Source: Octopus sinensis (Eukaryota). From it: a stretch of DNA of 64,000 nucleotides. Below are positions 13,138-26,584 of the stretch, in pieces. Position numbers and translations under genes: made by a program. The notes beneath the pieces are model-generated. The model ran no database searches and was not told where the DNA came from. It saw only the letters and a list, made by a program, of their open reading frames with translations. Every line of letters begins with the position of its first letter. The stretch's first letter is position 1. The DNA lies in assembly GCF_006345805.1 (NCBI RefSeq), contig NC_043006.1, positions 55,924,001 to 55,988,000 on the forward strand. Reading direction: 5' to 3'.

Positions 13138-13589
13138 ACGGCAACAGATGATGTTTATGGGGTGTCAATTTACTTTTGTCATGACTGTATGTATGTATGT
13201 ATGTATAACTTTTTTTATTCTTGTATTTGTTTCAGTTATTTGACTGAGGCCATGCTGGAGAACCGCCTTTTGTCGAACCGATAAATTACGTGGACAAATA
13301 CTATTCACTTAAATCTGTATATGTATTTAATTTCCCTAAAAATTTATTATTTACTTTTGCAACGGTTTTGTATTTTTTCTGTTGTTAACGGCTTTTTTCT
13401 GGTTCCTTCAATGCTGGCTCTTTGGTTCACTGACAAATTTCGCTTTAACTCGTACAATTCTTTATTTTCCGTCAAAATTTCTTATTTACTTTCTGCCCGT
13501 CGCATTAAGAAATATAATTTCCGTCGTCCAGTTATTTTCATTGTATTCTATCTTCTGCACCCGTGTATTTCTGTATAAGTATATAACAT

Positions 13590-14487
13590 GCCTAGAAGGA
13601 AACTGTCAAATTTGTCTACAATGTCAATGTCAGCCAAAAGAATGTCTCTGTCCAAGGTAAGAGAGACAGCTGCAGAAAGGGAAGCATACCAAGAAACGAA
13701 CAGACTATGCACTACAAAAGCCAGATAATCTCAAATTGATGATCAGTGGTATGCACTGATGACAAGGAATAGGATCTCCATTGCAGAACGAAGAGCAGTT
13801 GCGACAGCTCAGAGAAGCAATTTCTATGAAGCAGCTTTCAATCATGATCCAGCCGTTCCTTATGCAGATGACACTAGAGTTTCCATTGGTGCAATGACAA
13901 CTGAGTGCATTCATTGTAAAGCGAGGAAGTGGCCTGGAGAGACACCTGCACCGTGCTGCAATAGTAAAAAGGTTAAACTCCCTGTAATTCCCCAACCTCC
14001 AGAGCCATTGAAGAAACTGTTGTCATCGACTGACCAAGATTCCAAGCACTTCCAAAACAAAATTAGACAATACAACGCTGCACTTCAGATGACATCATTT
14101 GGATCCATAAGAGATTTAACTGAGCCAGGATTCATGCAAACTTTCAAGATCCAAGGTCAGATGTATCATAGGATTGGCTCTCTATTACCTCTGTCAAATG
14201 GATCACCAAAATCAACCTCTCAGTCTGTACCTGTTTTTCAGTTACGAAATAAGCTACACAAAACGTGTTTTTGAATTATGTGTATTTACTTTATATACAT
14301 ATATGAGTTGAAAACTTTCTTTTAATATTTCCCTTAACGTCTATATTCCATGGTGGCATGGGTTGGACAGTCATTAATGTAGAAAGTTGGTATCTCAGCT
14401 ACTAGGAGTTGAGACCTGCGTAATCTAGACGGCGTTTTCAAATTTCATTATTCTCTTCAACCTGAGTAACGCCGGAATTTCTGCTAG
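13590..14487 (+). mobile_element. Internally deleted Helitron
   Basis: RepHel N-terminal ORF followed by a 3' end cctgagtaacgccgg..ctgCTAG-t (CTAG at 14484-14487). 5' boundary uncertain. Confidence 0.75.
13759..14274 (+). pseudogene. Helitron RepHel N-terminal zinc-binding region fragment
   Basis: CIHCKARKWPGET..CC..KVKLP..PPEPLKKLL..SKHF..IRQYNAALQMTSFG..TFKIQGQMYHRIGSLLP. Confidence 0.85.
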
Positions 14488-14499
14488 TACATCTATCTA

Positions 14500-14583
<84 letters not shown>

Positions 14584-14689
14584 CATACATACATACATAC
14601 ATACATACATACATACAAGCATACATACATACATACATACATACATACAAGCATACATACATACACACATACATACATACATACATACA

Positions 14690-14778
<89 letters not shown>

Positions 14779-15084
14779 TGGCGATTTAGTTTGCAAGATT
14801 CTTTATGTGAGTTCATATGTTGAAGCATATTTAGTTGTGTCTGGGGAGAGTAATTTTCTTTTAGTAACTTATTATTTAACAGACGCAGCGGTAAAGTTTC
14901 CATTCATTTCCTTATTTATTTTTTCCTAAAATTTTCGTTGAGTTTTGCAACATTTTCAATAATCGTTTACTCTGTCCATTATCCGAGCTGCGTTCTTTTG
15001 GTTTGTTTGTGCGCATGTGTGAGGGTCAGTCTGTGCGCATACACATGTATGTATGTATGTATGTATGTATGTATGTATGTATGT

Positions 15085-15307
15085 ATGTACGCCAGGACTT
15101 ATACTTTGTAAACCTAGTACTTATTCTATTGGTCTCTTCTGTCGAACTGCTATGTTACGGGGACATAAACACACCAACGTCAGTTGTCAAGCGATGGGGT
15201 GGACAACACACACACACACACAAATACACAAACACACATACTCACACACACACAAATACACACGCACACACACATATATATATATACCTATCTGATATAT
15301 ACATATC

Positions 15308-15354
<47 letters not shown>

Positions 15355-15548
15355 TGTGTGTGTTTCTGTGTCTGTGTTTGTTCTCCCAAAATCGCTTGAC
15401 AAAATCGTTTGCTGTTGTTTTTCGGCAAAAGAGACCGATAAAATAAGTATTATGCTAACAAATAATAAGTCCTGGGGTCGATTCGCTCGACTAAAGGCAG
15501 TGCCAGCATGGCCGTAGTCAAATGACTGAAACAAGTAAAAGAATAAAT
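15085..15548. mobile_element. Oppositely oriented 3' fragments of the CORE-like SINE family
   Basis: Match the 3' half of the full copy at 55545-55990 (gagaccgata..gtcaaatgactgaaacaagtaaaaga). Confidence 0.7.
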
Positions 15549-15869
15549 GTGTAAAAGAATATATATATATTCTGCTGTAGACTATATTTTTAGTTTCTAC
15601 AGTAAAAAAAGGGAGGGAGAGAAATTCGATTATCCCCATGTAGTGAGTTGTAATGCAAGAATATATATACATATATATAATATAAAAGAAGGAAAATACA
15701 CACAGTTTATATCGTTTTAATATATCTTTAAATAGCATGTAGATCAGTCTGATCTACATGATATAAATCAATGGGCAGACAAAAATAAAATGCAACTAAA
15801 CTAGGGAAAATTTGAACTGATGTATTTTGGAAGAAAGACTATGCTAAAACAACCATAGTCTCTTTTTCC

Positions 15870-16790
15870 AGGGAAACCACTCGCTGCATCTAATAATATC
15901 AGGGATCCAGGAGTAATTGTTGACAACAATCTCAGCTAGAGTGCCTGCATCAACAATAAGGTCGATATAGCTCGTATTGTAGCCTCCTGTATCATAAGAA
16001 CCTTCCGGTCCAGAGAACAAGGTGTCATCATTCCCTTTTTTCTCCTCCTTTATACAGCCACACCTCGAATACTACTACCCACTGTGATCTCCCCACGCAA
16101 AATGATATATTTCGAAAACTGAATTACCCCAGAGAGCATTCACTAAAAGAATTAAAGGAATAACTGATTTCGATTATTGGGACCGCCTTACAGCATTGAA
16201 ACTCTATTCCCCCCAGCGCCGCCATGAGCGATGCATCATTTGCACGATGTGGAAAATATACCACCAGCATTGCTCAAATGACCTCAAGGTTAGTTTCAGA
16301 ATTCATCGAAGGCTAGGACCACGGGCCATAGTCTCCTACCAAATTCAAGATCACAACACATAAATACATTCTTTTCCTCAACACGCCCCATCCTATTTAA
16401 CGTTGTCCAAAACAGATCAAAGAGGAAAAGGATCCCATCACCTTTGAACGGAATCTGGGCAAATTTTTTCATGGAATACCAGATAAGCCACCTTTACTTG
16501 GATAAAACTCACTCAACAGGAACTCCCAACTCGAATGGGCCACGATACCACAAAACTTGAGACTTAAATGTTCAAAACAGATCAAAGAGGAAAAGGATCC
16601 CATCACCTTTGAACGGAATCTGGGCAAATTTTTTCATGGAATACCAGATAAGCCACCTTTACTTGGATAAAACTCACTCAACAGGAACTCCCAACTCGAA
16701 TGGGCCACGATACCACAAAACTTGAGACTTAAATGAATTAACAAATTCTATCAGATGGTGCTATGAAGTTAGACATGACCTGGCCCGATC
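15870..16790 (+). mobile_element. Decayed 3' end of a CR1/L2-group LINE
   Basis: Broken reading NIRDPGVIVDNNLS..IIRTFRSRE..PHLEYY..QRAFTKRIKGI..YWDRLTALKLYS.QRR. Confidence 0.8.
16408..16735 (+). repeat. Perfect 163-bp tandem duplication inside the LINE
   Basis: 16408-16570 is repeated at 16573-16735. Confidence 0.9.
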
Positions 16791-16937
16791 TTTGGTCGGA
16801 ATATATCTAAGTTATACATACATACATACATACATACATACATACATACATACATACATACATACATGCATACATACATATATGCATGCATGCATGCATG
16901 CATGCATGCATACATACATACATACATATATGTATAT

Positions 16938-16993
<56 letters not shown>

Positions 16994-17295
16994 GCACAAA
17001 CATATATATATTAATTCTTTTAAGTGACTTCAAATTTCAGTACGGGCATTGCTGACTATCGTTGTCTTGCTTGGCGTACGAGAAGAGAGATAGTTAGTTA
17101 TACAAGGGAGATAATTCAAAGATTAGGGGTTCTTTCCCTTGAAACATATAAACCTTGAAAATTTCTTCGCATATGTTGCGGGAAGAATTTATATTTCAAA
17201 TAATGTGTCAGAGAAGAGGAGTGGCATAGTAGGTATTTTCTCATGTCCGAGTAAATGCTCTTGTGTATGTGTGTGTGCGTGTGTGTGTGTGTGTT

Positions 17296-17348
<53 letters not shown>

Positions 17349-17529
17349 GCTTTGTCTTCTGACTTTATAATCATCTCACAATAATGACTTTTATTACTAC
17401 CTCAGTCCATCTAAATGTATATATTTGTCGTTACCTTTATAAATGATATAGGACAAAAATTATTTCGGGAAAAATCTTTTACCAATGCCCAGCATATCAA
17501 AAAATGCCTTTAAAGGTAAAATTTATACA

Positions 17530-17683
17530 TAATTTACAAGATAAGGGCAGAAGAAAAATTCTAATGCCAGATACGCCGAAACAAAAAATTGTCGATAACC
17601 ATTAAATTTAATGGTTAACGACAATTTTTTGTTTCGGCGTATCTGGCATTAGAATTTTTCTTCTGCCCTTATCTTGTAAATTA
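17530..17683. repeat. Loopless palindrome with 77-bp arms inside a (TA)n-flanked element (17345-17812)
   Basis: Centre attaaa|tttaat at 17606/17607, one mismatch. The direct repeat tatttgtcgttaccttt occurs at ~17422 and ~17682. Confidence 0.9.
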
Positions 17684-17809
17684 TTTGTCGTTACCTTTCA
17701 TAAAAAGTCTTTTTTTATTTTTATTTACAATGTGCATTTTCGTTGATTTTTCATATTTTACCGTTACATTTCCACGTGTATTTTATATTTTCTTTTTGTA
17801 ACATATTCC

Positions 17810-17865
<56 letters not shown>

Positions 17866-19918
17866 CCACTGAGGATGGATGCTACTGCAGCTTGTAGCCC
17901 CAGGAGAACATCTTCTCCAGCTGGCTATTGACACACTTTCTGTGCCCTATCAGTATTTGCAAATATATACATATATATATATACAGAAGCGGGTACTATC
18001 AATCGAAAAGTTATCTTCGTTAATCATTAATTCGTTAACCACAATGTCAACTTCGTTAATCGTTAATCCGTTTATTGAAAAAAGCATAACTACAATTTAA
18101 TATTCCACCGACTCTCTTGTCTCATAACTTCCAGAAAAATGGATACGTTTTAACGAAATTTTCACCAAATAATCGCTTATATCCTGTAGATTTAGTATAT
18201 GTAAAACTTGTTGGAAAACATTTTCAGTGGTGATGGGGAGAGGGATTTCGGAAAACTCACAGAACCCGATATTTTCTCTCCTCATAACTTTTTAGAAAAT
18301 AGGTGCTTTTTTTTTTCAAATGGTCTAGATTACGATTACAAAGAAATTTGTGGGCAACATTTTTGGAAGGCGGTGGGGTGGGGAGGAATTTCTGGAAAAC
18401 GAAACTTCGGATCAAATGGCCCACATAATCTGAAATTTCTCCGTTTTTCCAATGCCTTACACCATAGTCTTCAGAACGATGGGAGGCATCTTTTCACGAA
18501 AAAAAAAAAACAAAAAACAATTTTGAAATTTTTTTTCATTCCTCCAGCAGTCCGAAGCGATTTTGGCCATTTCTAATTTTTTTATTGCGCACATAAAACC
18601 AGTGAGAGAAACATTTTCGGTTAAAAAAAGAAATAAGTAATGATTTCAGAAGAAAATGTCTGAATTAAGGGAGAGCTGGCTGCTGTTTGTAACACATCCA
18701 CAAACCTCTCTCCTTGTATCTTTCTCAATAACACATCTATTGATATTTTTCAATATTTTTCCCACCATAAACAAAAAGTTACCCACGTGTAGTCCCAACC
18801 GAGTGAGGCCATATTATGTGCGTGAGCAAGAAAAAAAAGCACATAAAAACATCTCTAGTGTTCATATTGATCTGTCAAATGCAATGCTTATTTGTCTACG
18901 TTATTTTAAATTATTCAGATTCAAGAGAGGTGTCCATAATATTTCCTTGTAACTTTGTAAATTTTTACATACAGATATGAAATTTTGTCAGTGGGTGCTT
19001 TAAATACCACTGGTTTATTGTTAAGTAATTTTAGCTGATCTTGCTGAGTAAATTTGACTTTTATTTAATTAACAGGTGTAAAAGCAATGACATTATGGAT
19101 AAACACTAAAATTGAAATTCTTACTAAAATTGTTACTAAAATTTTCCCATATGGCAACCGACAAAAATTTTGCCATTTTTCTAGATGTGGTACATTATTT
19201 TGAATTAATTAAAATACAGGTATAATCGGTACAAGATTTTATTCTTTCTTTAAATATTTCATACTTCGGTGTGGAATAATTTTTTTCCACATTTTTTTTT
19301 AGGAAACATTCAACATATCTGACCTCCAAACCCGCCACAAGACAACTTTTTTCCAGAAAAGGAAAGTGGGAGGAGTGCTAGGGACCTTGAAACTTCCTAC
19401 CAACGGAGTTTTTTGTTTCGCGGGTCTTTTTTCTTTTCCAGGTTATTATGCATGCTTTCAACGAATGTGACATCGAAATCACACGCAAACGGCTCCTTCT
19501 TCCAGGAAAGAAAGATTTGGCAGTTATTTCTAGCATGCCCTGCTACCACGTACAGCTATTTGCGTTCACACCCAAATATTTAGCAAATTTTTTCCTCCCA
19601 TTTATTTTTTCCTCTTTATGGAAGTCAATATTTTCTCTGTTGACAGCCACTACAGTTAATTTTGCTTTTCTCCCAGTTCTGTGCTTTCTGGAAGAAAAGC
19701 CCCAAATTATCTCAAAGCTATGAGAATTCCCTAACGTGATTTGTTTATTTTAAAAAAGATTTGGTAGAGTAATTAGACACAAAACGGGTTTTAACCAGTT
19801 TAAATACTAAAGGGTTAAAAAGTGCCAAAACTATAAAATCAGCTTATATACATACATGTATATGTATGTATGTATGTATATATATATATATGTATATGTA
19901 TGTATATATATATATACA

Positions 19919-19972
<54 letters not shown>

Positions 19973-20554
19973 AATGTGAGCAGCACTCATATATATATAT
20001 ATATATATATACTCACATTACCATTTTGTTGAATCAGTCATTGATTCATATCGTAGTACTACTGTCAGGTAGAATTTAGCTTAACCATCACTACAGACGA
20101 GCTTTAATTCCAAGCGAAGCTAGCTTACTACTAGTATAGTAATTTCGCTGGTCGTGGGAGCAGTTATCTCCCTGTCAGTACATATGTCTATAAGCGTCTA
20201 TGACACTTGTTTCTAGGGATGTAAATGCTACCCTAAGTCACTAATAGTGCCAATAGAGTGTTTCGTTTTGGTTTACTATTGCCACCTTCTTAATTTCACA
20301 CACACACATATACACATACCAGCGAGCCTCCGGTCCACTGACCCGGTCTGTACGTTATTGAAATGTATTCATAAGACACATATTGACATCTATCGTAATG
20401 CCCATTTTCCGTACAATAAAAGTTGTTATAAAGTATTTAAATATTACATGACATAATTTTAAAGATTTATTTAGAATATCTAAATACAGAAAGTAATATA
20501 GATGATAATAGAGAAATGTATTGTCGAAAATTATGAAACATTTACAGAATTTCA

Positions 20555-20959
20555 CTATATACACTGTTTTAAACATTTTTCAATGAAGAGTTTCTGTGGC
20601 CTTCCTCCTCTGGAACAACCTACATACAAATAACCATATAAGAAATAGCCCCCTTCTGGATGGAGAACGACAATCTTCTGTGTTTGACCGTGGGACTTGT
20701 TAATGATCAATGCATAACTGACTCTCACTGGGAATTGCAATCGTTTGAAACGAAAGGGGGCCTCTGTACGTACTAGTGGTATTCTGGGTATAAATACAAT
20801 GTCTCCCTTATCACATCCAGGTGGGACTTTTGGTTCGATAATATGAGGCTGTAGTTCAGTAACAACCATATGTGTACCGTTGCACAATCTTAGCGGATCC
20901 ACGTTTCTGAGAAGCATGATGATTGCATCCTGCTTCAATTCAAGGTTGTGTGCCGGCAT
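20555..20959 (-). pseudogene. Helitron PIF1-like helicase C-terminal fragment
   Basis: IMLLRNVDP..LCNGT, VFIPRIPL, FKRLQFPVRVSYALIINKSHGQT, LYVGCSR. Confidence 0.9.
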
Positions 20960-21569
20960 TCAGGACAGCTCCAGACTGTTGAGGAATTCAGCAGGATAAT
21001 GAACAGCATCGTCCACCTCGATAACTTTGGTGATAGATGTGCCTACCTCCATCATCCCTCTGTCTCACTTGTTCTTCTCTCTAACCCTCTTTCTATCTCT
21101 CTCGAGTATTTTTTCTCTAGAGAGAGAAATAGTTAGAGGTGGTGAGAGAGACACACACATATACAACCAGAGAGGGGGGATAGTGAGAGAATAGAGACAT
21201 AAAGAAGGGCATATAGACAGAAAAACCCCAGAAGTCTGGCGGCTACTTCAAAGCAATAAATGTAATGTATAAACTTTGAGAAAGTTGGAGGTGGATTGAG
21301 TGATAGGAGGTGAATTATCTTTTCACTCTGTAAAAAGCATTACGGTGAAATAGAAAGTAAGAGTATTGCTAGAAACAGGAGCCAATACATTGCCAACTCG
21401 GGTCCCCTGCCCATTAATTTTTCGGAAAATAAGTGCTCAGTTATCTGCGGAATAGTCAAGGCAATTTAAATGATACGAAAAACCTGAAATATTATCAATT
21501 TTATTTAGCATTTTCAGCGGTCAACGTACAAACTTTGCTTCTAATATTTAAGTAAGTTTTACTTAATAA

Positions 21570-21820
21570 TTTCGATGGGACACTTTTCCTATCTCTTTTT
21601 GTTTCTCTTTCCCTCTCCCCTTTCGTTTCCTCTCTCTTACTTTCTCTAATTCTTTTTATCTCCCCCTTCTCCTCCTTTCGTTTATTTCTCTCTCATACTT
21701 TCTTTAATTCTTTTCCTCTCCCCTTCGCCGTTGTCTGTCTGTACTTTTCTCTCCTTCACTGTTCCGCCTTTACTCTCTCGTTGATCGCACGGGACCATCG
21801 GCCATCTTTCTTTTTCTAAC
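21570..21820 (+). repeat. Dispersed pyrimidine-rich repeat
   Basis: Similar copy at ~43905-44137 (aattt.gatg.gacactt..ttgatc..catctttcttttt.ctaactt). Confidence 0.55.
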
Positions 21821-22240
21821 TTTCATTCTTTCTGATCAGCCGCAGGGATAAGACGCATTCTAGTCTATCACCCGTCAGAGCTTGTTCCTCCGCGTTCATC
21901 AACTCAACTCGGTCAGGCTTAGCAGTCTTTGCTGTTTGTTTACACTGTCCTGTTTTTATTACCATCTTTGAACACCCGTAAAACCCCGAATTTTATTTAA
22001 TTTGCTTTGTGGAAGCAACTGTTTTGTCGAATAAGTATCTTGTCGTGAATTGCTCGAAATACAAAGTAGAAAAACAGTCGACAGCTGATGAAGGGTAATT
22101 TTTTTATGTTGCTTGTCTTATTTTCCATTTGTTTCTTTCGTTGTTGGCAAAAACGTCTGTATTCCACGTTTTCGTATTCCATGTTGTTTCGTATTCCATA
22201 TTGTTTACATTCTATGGTGTCCTGTGCCCATATATGCATG

Positions 22241-22337
<97 letters not shown>

Positions 22338-22406
22338 TGGATAGATAGGTAAATTGATAGAGAGATATAGATATATTAATATTAAGTGTATATATATATA
22401 TATATA

Positions 22407-23034
22407 CTAGCAGTATCGCCCGGCGTTGCTCGGGTTTGTAAGGGAAATAACTATATAAGCATTTTTAGAGAGTTATAGCAAAAAAATGCATTAAAAATGG
22501 AATAAAAAATGATGGTAATTTTTTTTAAATCGTTGACTCATCGTAGACATTTTTAGAGAGTTACTTCCCTTATATAATAGCGAAAAAATGCATTAAAATG
22601 GAATAAAAAATGATGGTAAATTTTTTTTTAAATCGTAGACTCATCGTAGACGCTTTCTTAGCCATTTCTGTTTTGGTGTCTTCAAGCCATGAAGTCGTTG
22701 TTCTAAAAGAACGCTGGTCTCCTTGACAACGCATTACGACGTTGATTTCCTTACACTCCCTTCCCCACAGGTGCAGGTGTGAGCGTGGACGCCAACTCCG
22801 CCGCCATCGACACACGAAAAATTATGCATTAAAATGGAATAAAAAATGATGTTAAATTATTTTTAAAATCGTAGACTCATCGTAGATGCGCGCTAATAGC
22901 CAGACGGGCTCGATATTAATCACGACTATAAGATACCCGAATTTGGTTAAACTGCACCGCAAAATGTCGGAGTAGTTAGGAATCTAAATCGAAGGGGACA
23001 GACACGCACACAACTACAGTTTTATATATATAGA
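22407..23034 (-). mobile_element. Complete non-autonomous Helitron
   Basis: Minus strand begins a|TCtatatata and ends cccgagcaacgccggg (hairpin)..ctgCTAG|t. Three internal ~65-bp repeats. Confidence 0.85.
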
Positions 23035-23055
23035 TATATATACATATACATATAT

Positions 23056-23113
<58 letters not shown>

Positions 23114-23157
23114 GCATATGTACGCACATACATACATATGCACATAGATATGCACAT

Positions 23158-23206
<49 letters not shown>

Positions 23207-23761
23207 TACTAGAATTAATTAATCATTGACAAATTCGGTGAAAGCAGTAAAATTAGAAAATTTATACATTTAGAAATACCAAGGTAATGAGTAATCCACG
23301 CAGTGCCCTCTGTGACTAATTATACCTGCGGTCTGTATATGTGTTGGTGTGTGAGTGCGTGGATGCACGTCTGTGTATATGTGTGTGAGCGTGAGCGAGT
23401 CTTGGAGGGTGTAATTATATGTACCTCTAATGTGATGGTTATTTCACTCCTGAAACATATGTCAGTATGAACTTTGATGGTCCATTCTGGGTTATCAAAA
23501 CAACACACCCAAGTTTAGTTTGATGTGCAGGCTTAATATACTTCTATATACTGTGTGTGTGAGCGTGTGTGAGCGTGTGTGTGTGTGTGTGTGTGGATGT
23601 GATGGGTTCGAGTGTGTGTGCGTGATGGACGCGTGTGTGTACGGGAGCTTGTATATTATTGATTGTAAATAAATAACTCAGAGCCAGCGTTTGGTGGTTT
23701 TTCACCTTACTACAGAAATCCTTATTTTAAGTAAATATACCCTACCTATGTTTATTCAAAC

Positions 23762-23843
<82 letters not shown>

Positions 23844-23921
23844 GTATGTATATATATATATATATATATATGTATATGTGTACGTATGTATCTTTATGTA
23901 TATATATATAGCCATGTATTT

Positions 23922-24013
<92 letters not shown>

Positions 24014-24339
24014 TTATATATATTACAAAATCTTCGGATTTTTTAAATATTCTAAGCCACTGGTTTTAATTGATGAATATTAATTTCTACCCTCATTATT
24101 TAAGTTATATACACACACACGCAAACACACACACACACATAAATGAAAACGCGCACGCACACACATACATACACACACAAATAAAAACTGACAATGAAGA
24201 ATTTGTTAATTACAAACTCAGAGAACTGAATAAGTAGGTTATAGACAGAAAGTCTTTGGAAGTAAATAAAATTTAGCTACTATAAAACAGATTCAGAGAA
24301 AGGCAGAGAGAAAGAGAGAAAAAACAGAGAATTTCAGGT

Positions 24340-24726
24340 TTAATGAGATTGATTGAAGCACTCCGTCGGTTACGACGACGAGGGTTCCGGTTGATCCAAA
24401 TCAACGGAACAGCCTGTTCGTGAAATTAACGTGTAAGTGGCTGAGCACTCCACAGACACGTGTACCCTTAACGTAGTTCTCGGGGATATTCAGCGTGACA
24501 CAGAGAGTGACAAGGCCGGCTCCTTGAAATACAAGTACAATAGAAACAGGAAGTAAGAGTGAGAGAAAGTTGTGGTGAAAGAGTACAGCAGGGATCACCA
24601 CCATCCCCTGCCGGAGCCTCGTGGAGCTTTTAGGTGTTTTCGCTCAATAAACACGCACAACGCCCGGTCTGGGAATCCTATGACCGCGAGTCCGCTGCCC
24701 TAACCACTGGGCCATTGCGCCTCCAC
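24340..24726 (-). mobile_element. tRNA-derived SINE with a tRNA-Arg-like head
   Basis: Head ggaggcgcaatggcccagtggttagggcagcggactcgcgg followed by a non-tRNA body. Confidence 0.8.
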
Positions 24727-24889
24727 TTTAATGAGATAAGGGAAATATAAAACGATAATAAATTTAAATTTTATTTAGTAAATTTATTAATTTGTTCGAT
24801 GTAAAATGAATAACTAATTTTATTTGTTTACTGGTAGAAATTTTATTCGTTTGCGGGTGTGTGAGAAAAAATTTCTGTTGTAGTTACAA

Positions 24890-25530
24890 AACCTGGAATT
24901 TTTGGGGAGGAGGGTCGTTGATTTGATCGGCTCCACTGTTAAACTTGTTCTGCTTTTATTGGTTTCAAATTTCGGCACAAGGCCAGCAATTTCGGGGTGG
25001 GGGTAAGTAGGTTACATCGACCCTGAACGGGTGAAAAACAAAGACGACCTCGATGGAATTTGAACTCAGAATGTGAAGTCGGATGGAATGCTGCTAAGAA
25101 TTTTGCCTGGCTCGTTAACATATCTGCCACTTCGCCGCCTTTTCGGTTCTTATTTTATCGACCTCGAAAGGATAAAAGGCAAAGTTGACCTCGGCGGAAT
25201 TTGAACTCAGAGCATAAACACAAATGAAATACCTATTTCTTTACTATCCACAAGGGGCTAAACACAGAGGGAACAAACAAGGAGAGACAAACGGATTAAG
25301 TCGATTACATCGATCCCAGTGCATAACTGTTACTTATTTAATCGACCCCGAAAAGATGAAAGGCAAAGTCGACCTCGGCGGAATTTGAACTCAGAACGTA
25401 GCGGCAGACAAAATACCGCTAAGCATTTCGCTCGGCGTGCTAACGATTCTGCCAGCTCGCCACCACAAATGAAATACCGCTATGCGATTTGTTCGGCGAG
25501 TTAACGATTCTACCAGTTTCCCACCTTTAC
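24890..25530 (-). mobile_element. Cluster of nested Nin/Deu-domain-like tRNA SINEs
   Basis: Repeated ggcgagctggcagaatcgttagc..gagttcaaattccgccgaggtcgactttgcctttcatc..gtcgat. Confidence 0.8.
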
Positions 25531-26185
25531 AAGGAATATGAATATTTTAATGAACGACAATAAGAAATAACGGCCTCCTAATTAGTTATGTGACTAATTA
25601 AAAGTGATACACTGAAATCTTTCCATAATGCTTAAATGAGTAGTTGTTAGTTGATTCAGTAGAGCTATTGACAAAATGGCTTTCAGCATTTAATTACGTC
25701 TATTCATGGTCTGATTTCAAATCCTGCCAAAATCAATGTTATTATTCCTCCTGTAGTCGATAAACATAAAGCACCCCTGAAATATAATGATCACTCTGAT
25801 TGGCTATACACACCTTCCAAATGTGAGGCTTAAGGCATAATGCTAGCGTGTGATGAATGGCAGAAACATAGAACTATAGATTATATGATGACTTGCAAAT
25901 TGCTTCTTAATACATTCCGTCATGTTCGAACGAGAATATTCTAATCACTATTGTGTTTCGTCAAGAACAACTTTACCTTTACGACGAATATGTATTTATA
26001 AAGCACTCGATTCGTTAGTATAAGGAATTCACAGACATTCGTTGTTTCGATGTTGTTGTGTTTCCTCAGCCAAAAGAACCCCTGTAAGCCATGACTCTGA
26101 TAAGAATCAACTTGCTTATAATACCTGCTTATTATACCTGCGCAGAAACTGTTCACTGATATCAGTCAACTGATAAAAAAAAGTG

Positions 26186-26268
26186 TCATATGCAGGGTGA
26201 ACAGAAAGATATAAAACGATGACGTGCATATTCATTCTTAATTTGTTCAGGCATATTTAAGGCACCAG
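26186..26268 (-). CDS. Candidate alternative terminal exon of the cholinesterase-like gene
   Basis: Acceptor ttgacttctatttctAG, phase-1 compatible; encodes AGALNMPEQIKNEYARHRFISFCSPCI*. Followed by non-repetitive, UTR-like sequence. Confidence 0.35.
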
Positions 26269-26327
26269 CTAGAAATAGAAGTCAAAATTCAATCAAATCA
26301 CACATATCACACGCATTAGATAATGTA

Positions 26328-26584
26328 CTGGGTTGGTGCATAATTATTGTGGCTTTTTTCAACAAATTTTAATCAACAAAAACAATAACAATATGAAACA
26401 AAAACATCTTTAAATGATTATTCCGGAGCATATTGACCATCTACTTCAATTGCTTCTTCCCATTTGCTTGGTAGGCGGTCAGACCGTCATTTAAAGATGC
26501 GTTTGTTAAATATTGTTATTGGCTTTTTTGTTGAATAAAATTTGTTGAAAAAAAAAACCCCGCAATAATTATGCACCAACCTAA
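26328..26584. mobile_element. Mariner MITE
   Basis: ~90-bp inverted ends ggttggtgcataattattg / caataattatgcaccaacc, TA flanks. Confidence 0.85.

Noticed and set aside
17869-17930. CTGAGGA followed by a stem
   Set aside because: No GAAA box or cleavage triplet in the right position.
22055-22110. CTGATGA with an upstream GAAA
   Set aside because: The helices needed for any hammerhead permutation could not be formed.
23285-23715. Possible solo LTR ending aataaa..ctaca
   Set aside because: No clear 5' terminus or TSD.
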